A DNA stretch of 64,000 nt from Bacteroidia bacterium (GTDB taxonomy: Bacteria; Bacteroidota; Bacteroidia; AKYH767-A; OLB10): NCBI GenBank assembly GCA_020847635.1, contig JADLBQ010000019.1, positions 7,686 through 71,685 of the forward strand. The letters are read 5' to 3'. Both the position numbers and the translations under genes were made by a program. A model generated the notes under the pieces. The model saw nothing but the letters and a program-made list of their open reading frames with translations. It did no database searches and had not been told where the DNA came from. How positions within the stretch are numbered: position 1 is the stretch's first letter; each line of letters begins with the position of its first letter. Positions 21,431-31,389 of the stretch are shown here, in pieces.

Positions 21431-21457
21431 CAGAAGCACCTGTGTTACTTTTACAGC

Positions 21458-22129
21458 ATGACGATTAAAGAACGTTATGCACGGGTTTTATCATTTTTTG
21501 AGGAAAGTATGCCGTTTCCGGAAACGGAACTTCGGTACGATACGCCTTTTCAATTGCTAGTTGCAGTCATTCTTTCAGCTCAGTGTACAGATAAACGGGT
21601 GAATATGGTTACTGCCGGTTTGTTTGAAGCATTTCCGGATGCACGGTCTATGGCTTCCGTTTCGGCAGATGATATTTTTCCATTTATAAAGAGTATTAGC
21701 TACCCGAATAATAAAGCAAAACATCTGGCTTTGATGTCACGAATGCTGGTAGAAGAGTTCAATTGTATTGTTCCTGCTACCGTTGAACAACTTTTGAGAT
21801 TGCCGGGAGTTGGCAGAAAAACTGCGAATGTAATTGCTTCTGTTATTTACAACAAATCAGCGATGGCAGTTGATACACATGTATTCAGAGTCTCACAACG
21901 GATCGGATTAGTACGAAAAGCAAAGACACCCCTTGAAGTGGAAAAACAACTGATAAAGCATATTCCTGAAAAACTGATCCCAAAAGCACACCATTGGCTG
22001 ATCCTTCATGGAAGATATATTTGCACAGCCCGAAACCCGAGATGTCATGAATGTGGTCTCCGTGCTTACTGTAATTACTATCAATACAGAATCAGGTCAA
22101 AACAAAAAACAACTTCTTTAAAAGTCTGA
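21458..22129 (+). CDS. nth: Endonuclease III (DNA glycosylase/AP lyase)
   Basis: HhH-GPD motif LPGVGRKTANV. The [4Fe-4S] motif is C-x6-C-x2-C-x5-C (CTARNPRCHECGLRAYC). Confidence 0.9.
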   Translation: MTIKERYARVLSFFEESMPFPETELRYDTPFQLLVAVILSAQCTDKRVNMVTAGLFEAFPDARSMASVSADDIFPFIKSISYPNNKAKHLALMSRMLVEEFNCIVPATVEQLLRLPGVGRKTANVIASVIYNKSAMAVDTHVFRVSQRIGLVRKAKTPLEVEKQLIKHIPEKLIPKAHHWLILHGRYICTARNPRCHECGLRAYCNYYQYRIRSKQKTTSLKV

Positions 22130-22165
22130 TAATTGTAACATCAAATAAATTAAATCAAATAAATT

Positions 22166-22543
22166 ATGAGTAAAATTGTCATTAATACTAAACACGCACC
22201 TGAACCAATCGGGCCGTACAGTCAGGCGATCAAGATGAAAAATGTTCTTTTTGTTTCAGGACAAATAGCCATAAACGCGGAAACCGGTCAGTTGATTAAT
22301 ACCAATATCGGGGATGAGACACATCAGGTAATGAAAAACATCAGTGCTATCCTGAAAGAAGCAGGATTGGACATTAAGAATATCGTCAAGACAACAATTT
22401 TTTTAAAAAACATGAATGATTTTGGAATTGTGAATGAGGTGTATGGGAGCTATTTTGAAACAAATTTCCCTGCCAGGGAAACAATTGAAGTATCTCGGTT
22501 ACCTAAGGATGTAAATGTTGAAATTTCCGTAATTGCAGGATAA
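22166..22543 (+). CDS. ridA: RidA/YjgF-family reactive enamine/imine deaminase
   Basis: 125 aa. Motifs seen: APEPIGPYSQAI, PARETIEVSRLPKDVNVEI. Confidence 0.85.
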   Translation: MSKIVINTKHAPEPIGPYSQAIKMKNVLFVSGQIAINAETGQLINTNIGDETHQVMKNISAILKEAGLDIKNIVKTTIFLKNMNDFGIVNEVYGSYFETNFPARETIEVSRLPKDVNVEISVIAG

Positions 22544-22646
22544 GGGTATTTCAATCCGGGCAAGCTGGTGAATATCAGGAATATCAGAGTTAATACTGGT
22601 ATTTTATTATATTAGCACTCTAAATTTAAAAGATCTAAATAAAATC

Positions 22647-24524
22647 ATGAAAAGATTATTACTAACAATTTTATCAGTCGGTACAATTTTTACTGTACAG
22701 GCTCAGCTAAGGCTTCAGTCCAAGCCTATTGTTGGAACTGAAAAGGCATATATGCCCGTTCCAATGATTAAAACCAATGTATCCGGAAACGAGTTTCCAC
22801 TTGCTCCGGTTAATGAAACAGTGATTGCAAATCACAGGATTCCCTCATCAGCTTTTATGGCAAATTCAATCGGGAATACAACTTATGATTTGCAGAGCAA
22901 TGCATCAATGGGTAACCGGGTAATTCAATACAACGGTGATGTTTCAGCAACCTGGACAATGAGTTTTTCTGGAGATTTAGCAGCAGCAGACCGAGGTAGC
23001 GGATATAACTATAAACCCAGTGCCGGTTCATGGGGAACCCCTCCATCTTCAAGACTTGAAAGTGTAAAGACCGGATGGCCCAGCCTTGCTAGAACAGCAG
23101 CAGGTACTGAACATATTATATCTCATATTTCCGGTGCACCATTAAATATGGAGAGCTCACCTGCCGGGGGCAGTTCATGGACTAACAGTTCTCTGCCATC
23201 CGTTGGGCCACCAGAAGTTTTATGGGGATCACTTGCAGCCGGTGGACCAGATGGCAACTCAGTACATGCATGAATGATTACATTGCCTACTCCTAATGCA
23301 GGTGCTGTTTTTAATGGATTGGACGGCTGTCCTATTTATCAACGTTCACTCGATAATGGACAAACCTGGGATATTACAAATAAGATACCGGATGGCGTGG
23401 ATAGTACCAATACATCGGGATGGAGTGGTGATTCTTATACAATCGCCTCAAAAGGCAATACAGTTGCTTTTGTTCATGGTCAGGTTACAGATGACTGGGC
23501 GGTATGGATTTCACATGATAATGGCGACACCTGGACAAAAACTGTAATTATGGATTTCCCGTTTGTGAAATATGATGATGTAAATAATATGACTGATGTT
23601 GATGGCGATGGTGTTGCAGATACGGTTTTAACTACCGATCATAAAATGGCCATTCTGATTGATAACAACGGTATGGTTCATTGCTGGGCAGGTGCGCTTT
23701 ATGTTCTTGATTTAGATATTCCTTCACAATTGGGATTGTTTCTGTCAACAGATGCATTGTTGTACTGGAATGAATCAATGGGTTCAGCACAACCTGTTGT
23801 GATTGCCCAAACCCCTGATGTGGATGGTGATGGGCAACTAACTTTTGCTCCAAATTATGTTCCACGTTATGGTAATGGCGGTCAGTGCTCTCAACCCTAT
23901 GCTGCAATTGATGCCAGTGGCACAATTATCGTTTCTTTTGCTGCACCGTTAGAGAACTCAACAACCGGCACCACTGGTGCTGATTATAGCTATCGGAACA
24001 TCTGGATGATTGGTTCAACAGATAATGGAGTCACCTGGAGTGATCCCATTCAAGTTGCAGGAAGTGAATTTGATGAAGCTGTTTTCGGCTCTTTAGCTCG
24101 TGATATAAACGGATGTGTTGATCTCGTTTACCAAATGGACGGCTTACCCGGAATTGCAGTGCAACCACCAAATAGTAACCAGGCATTTCATCCTTTCTCA
24201 AGTAATGATATTATGCATGATTGTATTCCTGTGACTTCTATTGTTGGAATTAAGGAAATTCAACAACAGCCACCGGTTGTAACGGTATCTCCAAATCCGG
24301 TTTCTGATTTGTTAAACATTACGATAACTGCCGGAACAGCTGACCGGGTTCAGTTAATTATTTCAGATATAACCGGTAAGAAAGTTTATCAGGACAATAT
24401 CAGTACTGCCGGTACCGGAATTTTTTCTTTCAGCCATAGTGTGAAAAATTTATCTAAAGGCATGTATTTGCTGAGCATTAACGCTGAAGGTGCTGTAAGT
24501 ACTTCTAAGTTTGTTGTTCAGTAA
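22647..24524 (+). pseudogene. BNR/Asp-box (sialidase-fold) T9SS cargo gene interrupted by an in-frame TGA at 23271-23273
   Basis: ORFs 22647..23273 and 23274..24524 are in the same frame, separated only by TGA (..GNSVHA*MITLPTP..). The first part has the signal peptide and no CTD. The second part has no signal peptide. It has three Asp-boxes (SLDNGQTW, SHDNGDTW, STDNGVTW) and a T9SS CTD (VSPNPVSDLLNITI...GMYLLSINAEGAVSTSKFVVQ). Confidence 0.65.
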
Positions 24525-24546
24525 GTTCATATTTTATATAGCTAAG

Positions 24547-24578
24547 AAGGCTGCCTCAAAAGGGCAGCTTTCTTGTTT
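24547..24578 (+). terminator. Intrinsic terminator after the BNR gene
   Basis: gctgcc / ggcagc stem (24550-24555 / 24563-24568) followed by tttcttgtttt. Confidence 0.5.
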
Positions 24579-24709
24579 TGTATTGTAGCAGGGTAATCGT
24601 GTTTGTAATAGAGTAGTCTTGGCAACCCTTAAAGTTGGAGTTACTGTTATATTTAAATTATCGTTGGAGCTTGTGAAAAAATGTCAAGTCGAGCCTTAAC
24701 TTCAGATAG

Positions 24710-25447
24710 TTAGTATCCCCAATTAAGTATCAGTCTGATTTTTGTTTGGAATCCGTTTTGGTACAATAACATCGTATCGGGATAATGCTTTGAACTTCCC
24801 GTTGCATCACGCATACTGAAATAGTAGCCACCCATAAATTCAGGATTATCAGGAGAGTCGTCATCATAGACCAAAACATCATACGATGCCTTCAAATCAG
24901 GGAAAGTAAAATGAATTCCATTCTGAATAAAAGGGAGAGTTGATAAGCTGAAATCCGGACTTGGCCCGTTACAGAATAATGGTACCGGATTCCCCTTAAC
25001 ATGAATCCTGAATAACAAATCTGGGCCTGTAATACTATCCCATGACTGGCCGTTTAACTTTTTAAGCGGTAGCTCATCCAGTATGTAACCGGTCAATATA
25101 CATTTAGTGTAGGGATTCTTTATTTCAATATAATCACTAACCTCAACCTGATTCCCTCCCGAATAGGCTGTTAAGGTAACCTTAAATGTTCCCTCTTGCT
25201 GATAGATATGCTTTGGATCTTTTTCTATGCTCCCGGAGCCATCTCCAAAATTCCAGCTATAGGATTCGGCATATTCCGATTGATTTGTAAAGGTAACTTC
25301 AACAGGAGCAACGAGCTTCCCAGCCTGATAATTAAAAGCTGCATTCAATGAATGATTCAGTATTTTCTCATCTTCATCTTTGTTGCAACTACTTAAACAA
25401 GCCAGGGCAACATATCCTAAACTTAATAGCATTAACGGTGTTCTCAT
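24710..25447 (-). CDS. PKD-domain lipoprotein
   Basis: The likely start is MRTPLMLLSLGYVALACLSSC (lipobox). The ORF track extends to 25489. PKD motif: FTNQSEYAESYSWNFGDGSGSIEKDPKHIYQQEGTFKVTLTAY. Confidence 0.7.
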   Translation of the reverse strand: MRTPLMLLSLGYVALACLSSCNKDEDEKILNHSLNAAFNYQAGKLVAPVEVTFTNQSEYAESYSWNFGDGSGSIEKDPKHIYQQEGTFKVTLTAYSGGNQVEVSDYIEIKNPYTKCILTGYILDELPLKKLNGQSWDSITGPDLLFRIHVKGNPVPLFCNGPSPDFSLSTLPFIQNGIHFTFPDLKASYDVLVYDDDSPDNPEFMGGYYFSMRDATGSSKHYPDTMLLYQNGFQTKIRLILNWGY

Positions 25448-25527
25448 TGTTGGTATTTGGTTTTTTCTAAGTTTATACCTTATAATCAATCAATCATCAA
25501 GCCGCAGTTCATTCTATTAATACCTTT

Positions 25528-28401
25528 GTGGCGAAGGCAGGAATTATTATGGTAAAGGATACTATTGAGACACTCGATCCCCGAAAATATATTTTAATTA
25601 AAGGAGCAGCTGTTCATAATCTGAAAAAAATTGATGTAGCAATTGCACGGAACAGTTTTACAGTCATTACCGGGTTAAGTGGTAGCGGTAAGTCCTCACT
25701 TGCCTTTGATACCCTGTATGCCGAAGGGCAGCGCAGGTATGTTGAAAGCCTGAGTGCATATATCAGACAGTTTGCCGGTAAAATGGAGAAGCCTGAAGTG
25801 GAATACATAAAAGGAATATCACCGGCAATTGCGATTGAGCAACGAGTCAATTCCAGGAATCCACGCTCAACCGTTGGAACTTCAACGGAGATATATGATT
25901 ATCTTAAATTACTCTTTTCCCGGATTGGGAAAACATTTTCCCCACTTAGTGGCCAGGAAGTTAGAAAGGACACTACAAAAGATGTAGTTTACTATATTAT
26001 ATCGCTACCGCTTGATTCGGTTGCTAATATACTTTATCCCGTAATTCATTATGGAAACCGAGGGTTAAATGAGATTCTGGATATGCTGACCCAAAAAGGA
26101 TTTAGCAGGGTTGTTTTTCAAGATCAAATTATTAAAATAAATGAACTGGAAAATCAAATTGACAAAGGACAGTTACTATTTAAAAACTGCCAGGAAATGT
26201 TTGTTCTTGTGGACCGGATTATTATTAAAAAGGATGACTATCCCGAATATTATTCCAGAGTTGCCGATTCGGTAGATTCCGCATTTACGGAAGGTTCTTA
26301 TTCCTGCAGGATTTTAGTAACTACACCTGAGAAGTCTTTCATGAAGGATTTTAGTAACCGCTTTGAAGCAGATGGAATTGTTTTTGAAGAGCCCTCGGTT
26401 AATCTTTTTAGTTTTAACAATCCTTACGGTGCCTGTAAAACTTGTGAAGGATTTGGAAATGTGATTGGTCTTGATCAGGATCTGGTTTTTCCTGATAAAA
26501 CACTTTCTGTTTATGAAGGTGTGATTGCTCCCTGGCGGGGTGAGAAAATGAAGGAATGGAATAACCTATTAATTAAGAATGCACACAGGTTCGATTTCCC
26601 GATTCATCGTCCCTTTTTTGAGCTCAATGAATATGAAAGAAAACTTTTATGGGAAGGGAATAAGTATTTCAAGGGATTGAATGACTTTTTTAAGCATGTT
26701 GAAGAACAAAGCTATAAGATTCAGTACAGGGTATTGTTATCCCGTTATCGGGGAAAAACACTCTGTCCGGAGTGCAAGGGAACACGACTAAGAAAAGATG
26801 CTGCTTATGTTAAAATTTCAGGTAAGTCAATCAGTGAACTGGTAATGATGGAAATAAAAGATCTTTTTGATTTTTTTGAGAAACTGAGTTTGAATGCATC
26901 TGATACAATAGTTGCCGGAAGAATTTTGACTGAAATTAAGAACAGGTTAACCTATTTAAATGATGTAGGGATTGGTTACCTGACATTGAACAGGTTGAGT
27001 AATTCACTTTCAGGAGGAGAATCCCAGCGGATTAATCTTGCAACAGCTTTAGGCAGCAGCCTTGTTGGGAGTATGTATATTTTGGATGAACCCAGTATCG
27101 GTTTGCACCCGCGGGATACACAAAGATTAATTTCTGTTTTAAAATCTCTTCAGAAGGCCGGAAATACGTTAGTTGTTGTTGAGCATGATGAAGAAATTAT
27201 GCGCTCTTCAGATGAAATCATTGACATAGGACCAGAAGCCGGTACAGAAGGTGGCAGAATCGTTTTTCAGGGAGAAATTGATGCAATGAAGGACAGCGAT
27301 ACACTTACAGCCGGATATATTAACGGGCAACTTAAGGTACCCTTACCCTCCAGGAGAAGACCCTGGAAAAATTTTATTTTTATAAAGGGTGCTTTTGAAA
27401 ATAACTTAAAGGGATTAGATGTCAAATTTCCGTTAGGAATCATCACAGCTGTAACTGGAGTTAGCGGAAGCGGGAAAACTTCACTGGTTAAGAAAGTGTT
27501 ATATCCGGCAATTCAAAAAGCTCTTGGAGGTTACAGTGACGTATCCAGGAATTTAAGCAGGCTTGAAGGAGATATCCGGCTATTGGAGTCGGTTGAACTT
27601 GTGGATCAGAATCCAATCGGTAAATCATCAAGGTCAAATCCGGTAACTTATATTAAGGCGTATGATGAGATTAGGAATCTGTTTGCTGAAACTCCGTGTG
27701 CATTGGCAAGAGGATTTAAGCCCTCCCATTTTTCTTTTAATATAGCCGGAGGAAGATGTGATGAGTGTGAAGGTGAGGGTGAAATTACTATCGAGATGCA
27801 GTTTATGGCTGATATTAAACTGAAATGCGAAACCTGTAACGGTAAAAGATTTAAAGAAGATATTCTTTTATGTACCTATAAGGACAAGTCGGTATATGAT
27901 GTATTGAGTATGACGGTGGAGGATGCAATTCAGTTTTTTAACAGCGGGCCAAAAACAAAATTCTTTCATCATGAACAAAAAATTATCCAAAAGCTGACAC
28001 CTCTTATGAATGTAGGGCTTAATTACCTGACTTTAGGCCAGGCTTCGAATTCATTGAGTGGAGGTGAAGCACAGCGAATCAAACTTGCGTCCTTTATCTC
28101 AAAAGGAGCTGCTTCAAAGGGGTCATTATTCATTTTCGATGAACCAACAACAGGCCTTCATTTCCATGATATCAATAAACTAATGATTGCTTTCCAGGCC
28201 TTGATTCACAACGGGAATTCAATTATTGTGATTGAGCATAATCCTGAAATCATAAAATCGGCTGACTGGATAATAGATCTTGGACCTGACGGAGGAGATG
28301 AAGGCGGACGGATAGTCTTTGAAGGAACACCTGAGGACCTTATTCAATGCAAGGAAAGCCTGACTGGCCGGTTTCTTAAACCAAAACTATCCGTTGCATA
28401 G
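25528..28401 (+). CDS. uvrA: Excinuclease ABC subunit A
   Basis: 957 aa. Two Walker A motifs (GLSGSGKSSL, GVSGSGKTSL), ABC signatures LSGGE(S/A)QRI, and zinc modules (CPECKGTRL; CDECEGEGE...CETCNGKRF). The true start may be the internal MVKDT at 25549. Confidence 0.95.
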   Translation: MAKAGIIMVKDTIETLDPRKYILIKGAAVHNLKKIDVAIARNSFTVITGLSGSGKSSLAFDTLYAEGQRRYVESLSAYIRQFAGKMEKPEVEYIKGISPAIAIEQRVNSRNPRSTVGTSTEIYDYLKLLFSRIGKTFSPLSGQEVRKDTTKDVVYYIISLPLDSVANILYPVIHYGNRGLNEILDMLTQKGFSRVVFQDQIIKINELENQIDKGQLLFKNCQEMFVLVDRIIIKKDDYPEYYSRVADSVDSAFTEGSYSCRILVTTPEKSFMKDFSNRFEADGIVFEEPSVNLFSFNNPYGACKTCEGFGNVIGLDQDLVFPDKTLSVYEGVIAPWRGEKMKEWNNLLIKNAHRFDFPIHRPFFELNEYERKLLWEGNKYFKGLNDFFKHVEEQSYKIQYRVLLSRYRGKTLCPECKGTRLRKDAAYVKISGKSISELVMMEIKDLFDFFEKLSLNASDTIVAGRILTEIKNRLTYLNDVGIGYLTLNRLSNSLSGGESQRINLATALGSSLVGSMYILDEPSIGLHPRDTQRLISVLKSLQKAGNTLVVVEHDEEIMRSSDEIIDIGPEAGTEGGRIVFQGEIDAMKDSDTLTAGYINGQLKVPLPSRRRPWKNFIFIKGAFENNLKGLDVKFPLGIITAVTGVSGSGKTSLVKKVLYPAIQKALGGYSDVSRNLSRLEGDIRLLESVELVDQNPIGKSSRSNPVTYIKAYDEIRNLFAETPCALARGFKPSHFSFNIAGGRCDECEGEGEITIEMQFMADIKLKCETCNGKRFKEDILLCTYKDKSVYDVLSMTVEDAIQFFNSGPKTKFFHHEQKIIQKLTPLMNVGLNYLTLGQASNSLSGGEAQRIKLASFISKGAASKGSLFIFDEPTTGLHFHDINKLMIAFQALIHNGNSIIVIEHNPEIIKSADWIIDLGPDGGDEGGRIVFEGTPEDLIQCKESLTGRFLKPKLSVA

Positions 28402-28431
28402 ATGTTCATCTGAACTACGTTTGGTAATCCT

Positions 28432-28439
28432 TATTTTTG
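28432..28439 (+). promoter_or_regulatory. Putative -7 promoter box (TATTTTTG) for ssrA
   Basis: Matches TAnnTTTG, 27 nt upstream of the tmRNA 5' end. The octamer is identical to the one upstream of the tRNA at 9699-9706. Confidence 0.3.
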
Positions 28440-28465
28440 TGAACGTTCTTCATTATAAATTATCC

Positions 28466-28859
28466 GGGGCCGACAGGATTCGACAGCATGTGCAACGGAT
28501 AGGTAAGCATACCGGGCGTTGTGAGTAGTCCCGTTAATCGCAACTCTCAATCGTCTAAATGGCGAAACGAATTATTCGCTTGCGGCTTAATCTCACTCAG
28601 TGAGATAGCCTGATTTTGCTGCATCGCAGTAAAACAAGCTGTTCTTCCTGCTTTAATGCTTTCAAAGGCAGGGTTAAGAGCATCGGAAATGAAAGCTGGC
28701 CTGATGGGTGTCCGTACCTGAAGGTAAGAAAACAACGGAATAAGGCAGATGATGGTAAGTGTTTCGCCTCACATTTGCCCGAAAATCAAGTAAACACTAA
28801 GTATGTAGAAAGCCTGTCTTTTCCTTGACTGGACGTGGGTTCAAATCCCACCGGCTCCA
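28466..28859 (+). ncRNA. ssrA: tmRNA (SsrA), tag peptide GETNYSLAA
   Basis: The 5' GGGGCCGACAGGATTCGACAG pairs with the 3' ...GGGTTCAAATCCCACCGGCTCCA to form a tRNA-Ala-like acceptor arm. This includes the G3:U70 pair and a T-arm. The tag reading frame is ggc gaa acg aat tat tcg ctt gcg gct taa at 28561-28590. Confidence 0.9.
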
Positions 28860-28903
28860 CTTAATCTTAATAATGGATTACGGGTTAGCAATGAATAGAA
28901 ATA

Positions 28904-28936
28904 AAAGGTTCAGTTTAAAATAAGCTGAACCTTTTT
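28904..28936. terminator. Bidirectional intrinsic terminator between ssrA and the convergent T9SS cargo gene
   Basis: aaaggttcag / ctgaaccttt 10-bp stem (28904-28913 / 28925-28934) with T/A runs on both flanks. Confidence 0.7.
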
Positions 28937-28959
28937 AACAAAAATTTTAAAGTTTAATA

Positions 28960-30030
28960 TTACCGGGCTCCTGCAATGACTACCTTACCTGTGTCATAAA
29001 GAGAGCCATCAGTCTTATAAATCTGATAAATATAAATTCCATTAACTAAATGGTTAAGATCTACCGATAGTGATCCTAAGCCTGTAACAGGAGTTGAATA
29101 GACAGTTTTACCGCTTAAATCCGTTAGCTTAAGAAGGGCAGCACCAGCATGCTCAAATCTGAAATTCAAGACACCATTTGAAACAGGGTTGGGGTAAGGT
29201 TTTATATGACGGAATGAACTCTCATTTTCTGAAATACCTGTTGTCCCTACATCTATATATCTGGCTTTCTCAGAAATCATTGGAGTATCACCATCTGCTT
29301 CAATTACCATTACAATTGGTAGAGTAGTATTTCTCAGAAACATATAAACTATAGTGGAATCATCAGGAGGGTTCGAACTAAAATAAGTAAAAGTTCCTGA
29401 TCCGGTTGAGTCGATGAAAGTCGAGTCTATAGAGAAGCTCAGTGACTTAACCCGGATAACGGGTTGATTGGATACTGCAGGTGTACTGATTGTACCATAA
29501 GAATCAGCAATAAAAGACTGAACAAACGTAAGTGTAATCTTTATACTGAAAGATCCTTGCTGATCAATCACTTCAAGACGGGCAATATTATTCCTGGTAT
29601 TCCCATAAGTAAAAGGAGTCGGAACAATTAGCTGATCAGGATTGTAATCCCACGCATTCAACGGCAAGGGCCCCGGATCATCATAAACGCCATCAGTATA
29701 GAACCCGCTTGCAATTCCTTTAAAGAACATATAATAATCCTGAGCACTGTTTGTTATAGCAACAGAAGATTGTGGAAAACTGGAGGCATAAGGAGTTCCG
29801 GAGGCAGCCAGGAAGTTAACATAAGTAGTATCATCTACAACAAAGGCATTCACATAGTTCCAGTTCTGAGCTGAGGGAGATGCCGGTGTTATGGAATGAA
29901 CTCCTGAACGGTGGTCAGTATAAGCAGCCCAGTTTTCACCGGCAACAGGAAATGTACCTGATGTTACGGTAATCTGTGCGTGAACACCTGCAGAAAGTGA
30001 GAATAAAAAAGGAAGTAAAGTTTTTTTCAT
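28960..30030 (-). CDS. T9SS C-terminal-domain secreted protein, tandem paralog A
   Basis: The signal-peptide start is MKKTLLPFLFSLSAGVHAQ at 30030. The ORF track's extension to 30159 runs through the upstream gene's terminator hairpin. The CTD reads PYPNPVSNGVLNFRFEHAG...GIYIYQIYKTDGSLYDTGKVVI. It is collinear with the 30192..31259 product. Confidence 0.7.
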   Translation of the reverse strand: MKKTLLPFLFSLSAGVHAQITVTSGTFPVAGENWAAYTDHRSGVHSITPASPSAQNWNYVNAFVVDDTTYVNFLAASGTPYASSFPQSSVAITNSAQDYYMFFKGIASGFYTDGVYDDPGPLPLNAWDYNPDQLIVPTPFTYGNTRNNIARLEVIDQQGSFSIKITLTFVQSFIADSYGTISTPAVSNQPVIRVKSLSFSIDSTFIDSTGSGTFTYFSSNPPDDSTIVYMFLRNTTLPIVMVIEADGDTPMISEKARYIDVGTTGISENESSFRHIKPYPNPVSNGVLNFRFEHAGAALLKLTDLSGKTVYSTPVTGLGSLSVDLNHLVNGIYIYQIYKTDGSLYDTGKVVIAGAR

Positions 30031-30135
30031 AGAATTTAGTTTTTTAATTATGTTGACAAACCTAACCATTATATTTAAATTAGCCAAATACTGCATATGG
30101 CTTTGCTTTACTAGCTCTTTCTTCAAATACCACAT

Positions 30136-30176
30136 AAAAAAGGATTCAGCAATTAACAAATTGCTGAATCCTTTTT
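30136..30176 (-). terminator. Intrinsic terminator of paralog B
   Basis: 16-bp inverted repeat aaaaaggattcagcaa / ttgctgaatccttttt, 16 nt downstream of the 30192 stop. Confidence 0.7.
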
Positions 30177-30191
30177 AAGAAGTTTAAAGCT

Positions 30192-31259
30192 TTACCTCAC
30201 AGAGGAATTGATGATTTTTCCTGTATCGTAAATGGATCCATCTGCTTTAAATACCTGATAAAGATAAGCACCGGAGGCCAAGCTTCCGAAATTTACTGTA
30301 AGTGAACTCAGATCAGTTACAACAGTAGAATAAACCTGTTTGCCGGCAAGGTCTGTTATTTTCAGTAATGAAGCTCCCGGTTTTTCAAACCGGAAATTTA
30401 AAATGCCATTAAATACCGGATTCGGATAAGGTTTTTGTTTAACTGCATTTTGTCCATTCTCAGGTATAGAATTTAAAACTGCAAACAGGTAGCTGGCACT
30501 GGTTGACACAGTGGGTGCCCCACCGTCAGCAGAAATGGTCATGGGAATTGAAAAAAAGGAATTGCTGGCAAACGTATAAGTAATACTTGAATCAGAAGGA
30601 GGGTTTGAAGACAAATAAGTGAATGTACCTGTGCCGGTGGCATCGATATAGGTGGTGTCAACAGTATAAAGCAGATGCTTTATTCTGATGACCTGTTGAT
30701 TTGTAACTGAAGGTGTACTTAATGTGCCAAAAGCATCACAATCAAAGTTATTGATAAAAGTCATCACAAATTTCATATCAGGAGGTCCGGTCATAATGTA
30801 TTCTATCCTCGCATGATTAATTCGGGAATTACCATAAGTAAATGGAGTAGGCATTAATAGCTGATCAGGATTATAATCAATTATTGAATCGGGGAGTGAT
30901 CCGGAACCATCATACATGCCATCAATATAAAAACCAGTAGAATTGCCTTTAAAATAAATATAAGCATTTCCTGCAGTGTCAGCAATAGCCAACGAAGCTT
31001 GCGGGAAGCTGCTGCTGTAAGGAGTTGATGAGGCAGCAATATAGGATGTGATCAAAGTATCATCAACCACAAACGCATTAGAATAATTCCAGGTCTGAGC
31101 TGATGAAGATGGAGCAGTAATAGTATGAACACCCAGGCGGTTATCGCTCTTCTGAACCCAGGTTGAACCTACAGCAGGGAATGAGCTTTGTGTAATTGTA
31201 ATTTGAGCTTGTGCACCAATTGTAATCAGTACGAATGCCAGGAGTAAGGACTTTTTCAT
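30192..31259 (-). CDS. T9SS C-terminal-domain secreted protein, tandem paralog B
   Basis: The start is MKKSLLLAFVLITIGAQAQ at 31259. It shares blocks with paralog A (..GVH(S/T)IT.PS(P/S)SAQ.WNY.NAFVVDDT..; YNPDQL..PTPFTYGN.R.N.AR.E; GTGTFTY(F/L)SSNPP.DS). A CTD is present. Confidence 0.7.
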   Translation of the reverse strand: MKKSLLLAFVLITIGAQAQITITQSSFPAVGSTWVQKSDNRLGVHTITAPSSSAQTWNYSNAFVVDDTLITSYIAASSTPYSSSFPQASLAIADTAGNAYIYFKGNSTGFYIDGMYDGSGSLPDSIIDYNPDQLLMPTPFTYGNSRINHARIEYIMTGPPDMKFVMTFINNFDCDAFGTLSTPSVTNQQVIRIKHLLYTVDTTYIDATGTGTFTYLSSNPPSDSSITYTFASNSFFSIPMTISADGGAPTVSTSASYLFAVLNSIPENGQNAVKQKPYPNPVFNGILNFRFEKPGASLLKITDLAGKQVYSTVVTDLSSLTVNFGSLASGAYLYQVFKADGSIYDTGKIINSSVR

Positions 31260-31343
31260 AAGCAGTTTGAGTTTAATTTTATACAAAGCTAAAAATCTCT
31301 TCTTTCCGATAATAAAATAATGGAGATTATTTTATGAACAAAA

Positions 31344-31369
31344 ATCCCCCTTCGGGTAAGAAGGGGGAT
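31344..31369 (-). terminator. Intrinsic terminator
   Basis: atccccctt / aagggggat GC-rich stem, followed on the minus strand by TTTTT. It lies 21 nt downstream of the 31390 stop. Confidence 0.75.
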
Positions 31370-31389
31370 GACTCAAAAAGAGCAGTTTG

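Noticed and set aside
22585-22602. Direct repeat gaatatcag x2 downstream of ridA.
   Set aside because: It is a single 9-nt tandem duplication in an intergenic region. That is too short and isolated to indicate a functional repeat or a CRISPR-like array.
23271-23273. In-frame TGA as selenocysteine, or the TGA and the TAA at 63971 as reassigned sense codons.
   Set aside because: No SECIS-like stem-loop follows the TGA; only a 4-bp stem was seen. TGA, TAA and TAG all terminate well-supported genes in this window (speB, sucC, accC). Each in-frame stop is one substitution from the residue expected by homology or context.
28547-28828. ORFs 28547..28735 (-) and 28616..28828 (+).
   Set aside because: Both fall entirely inside the tmRNA gene, whose tRNA-like ends and tag reading frame are clear.
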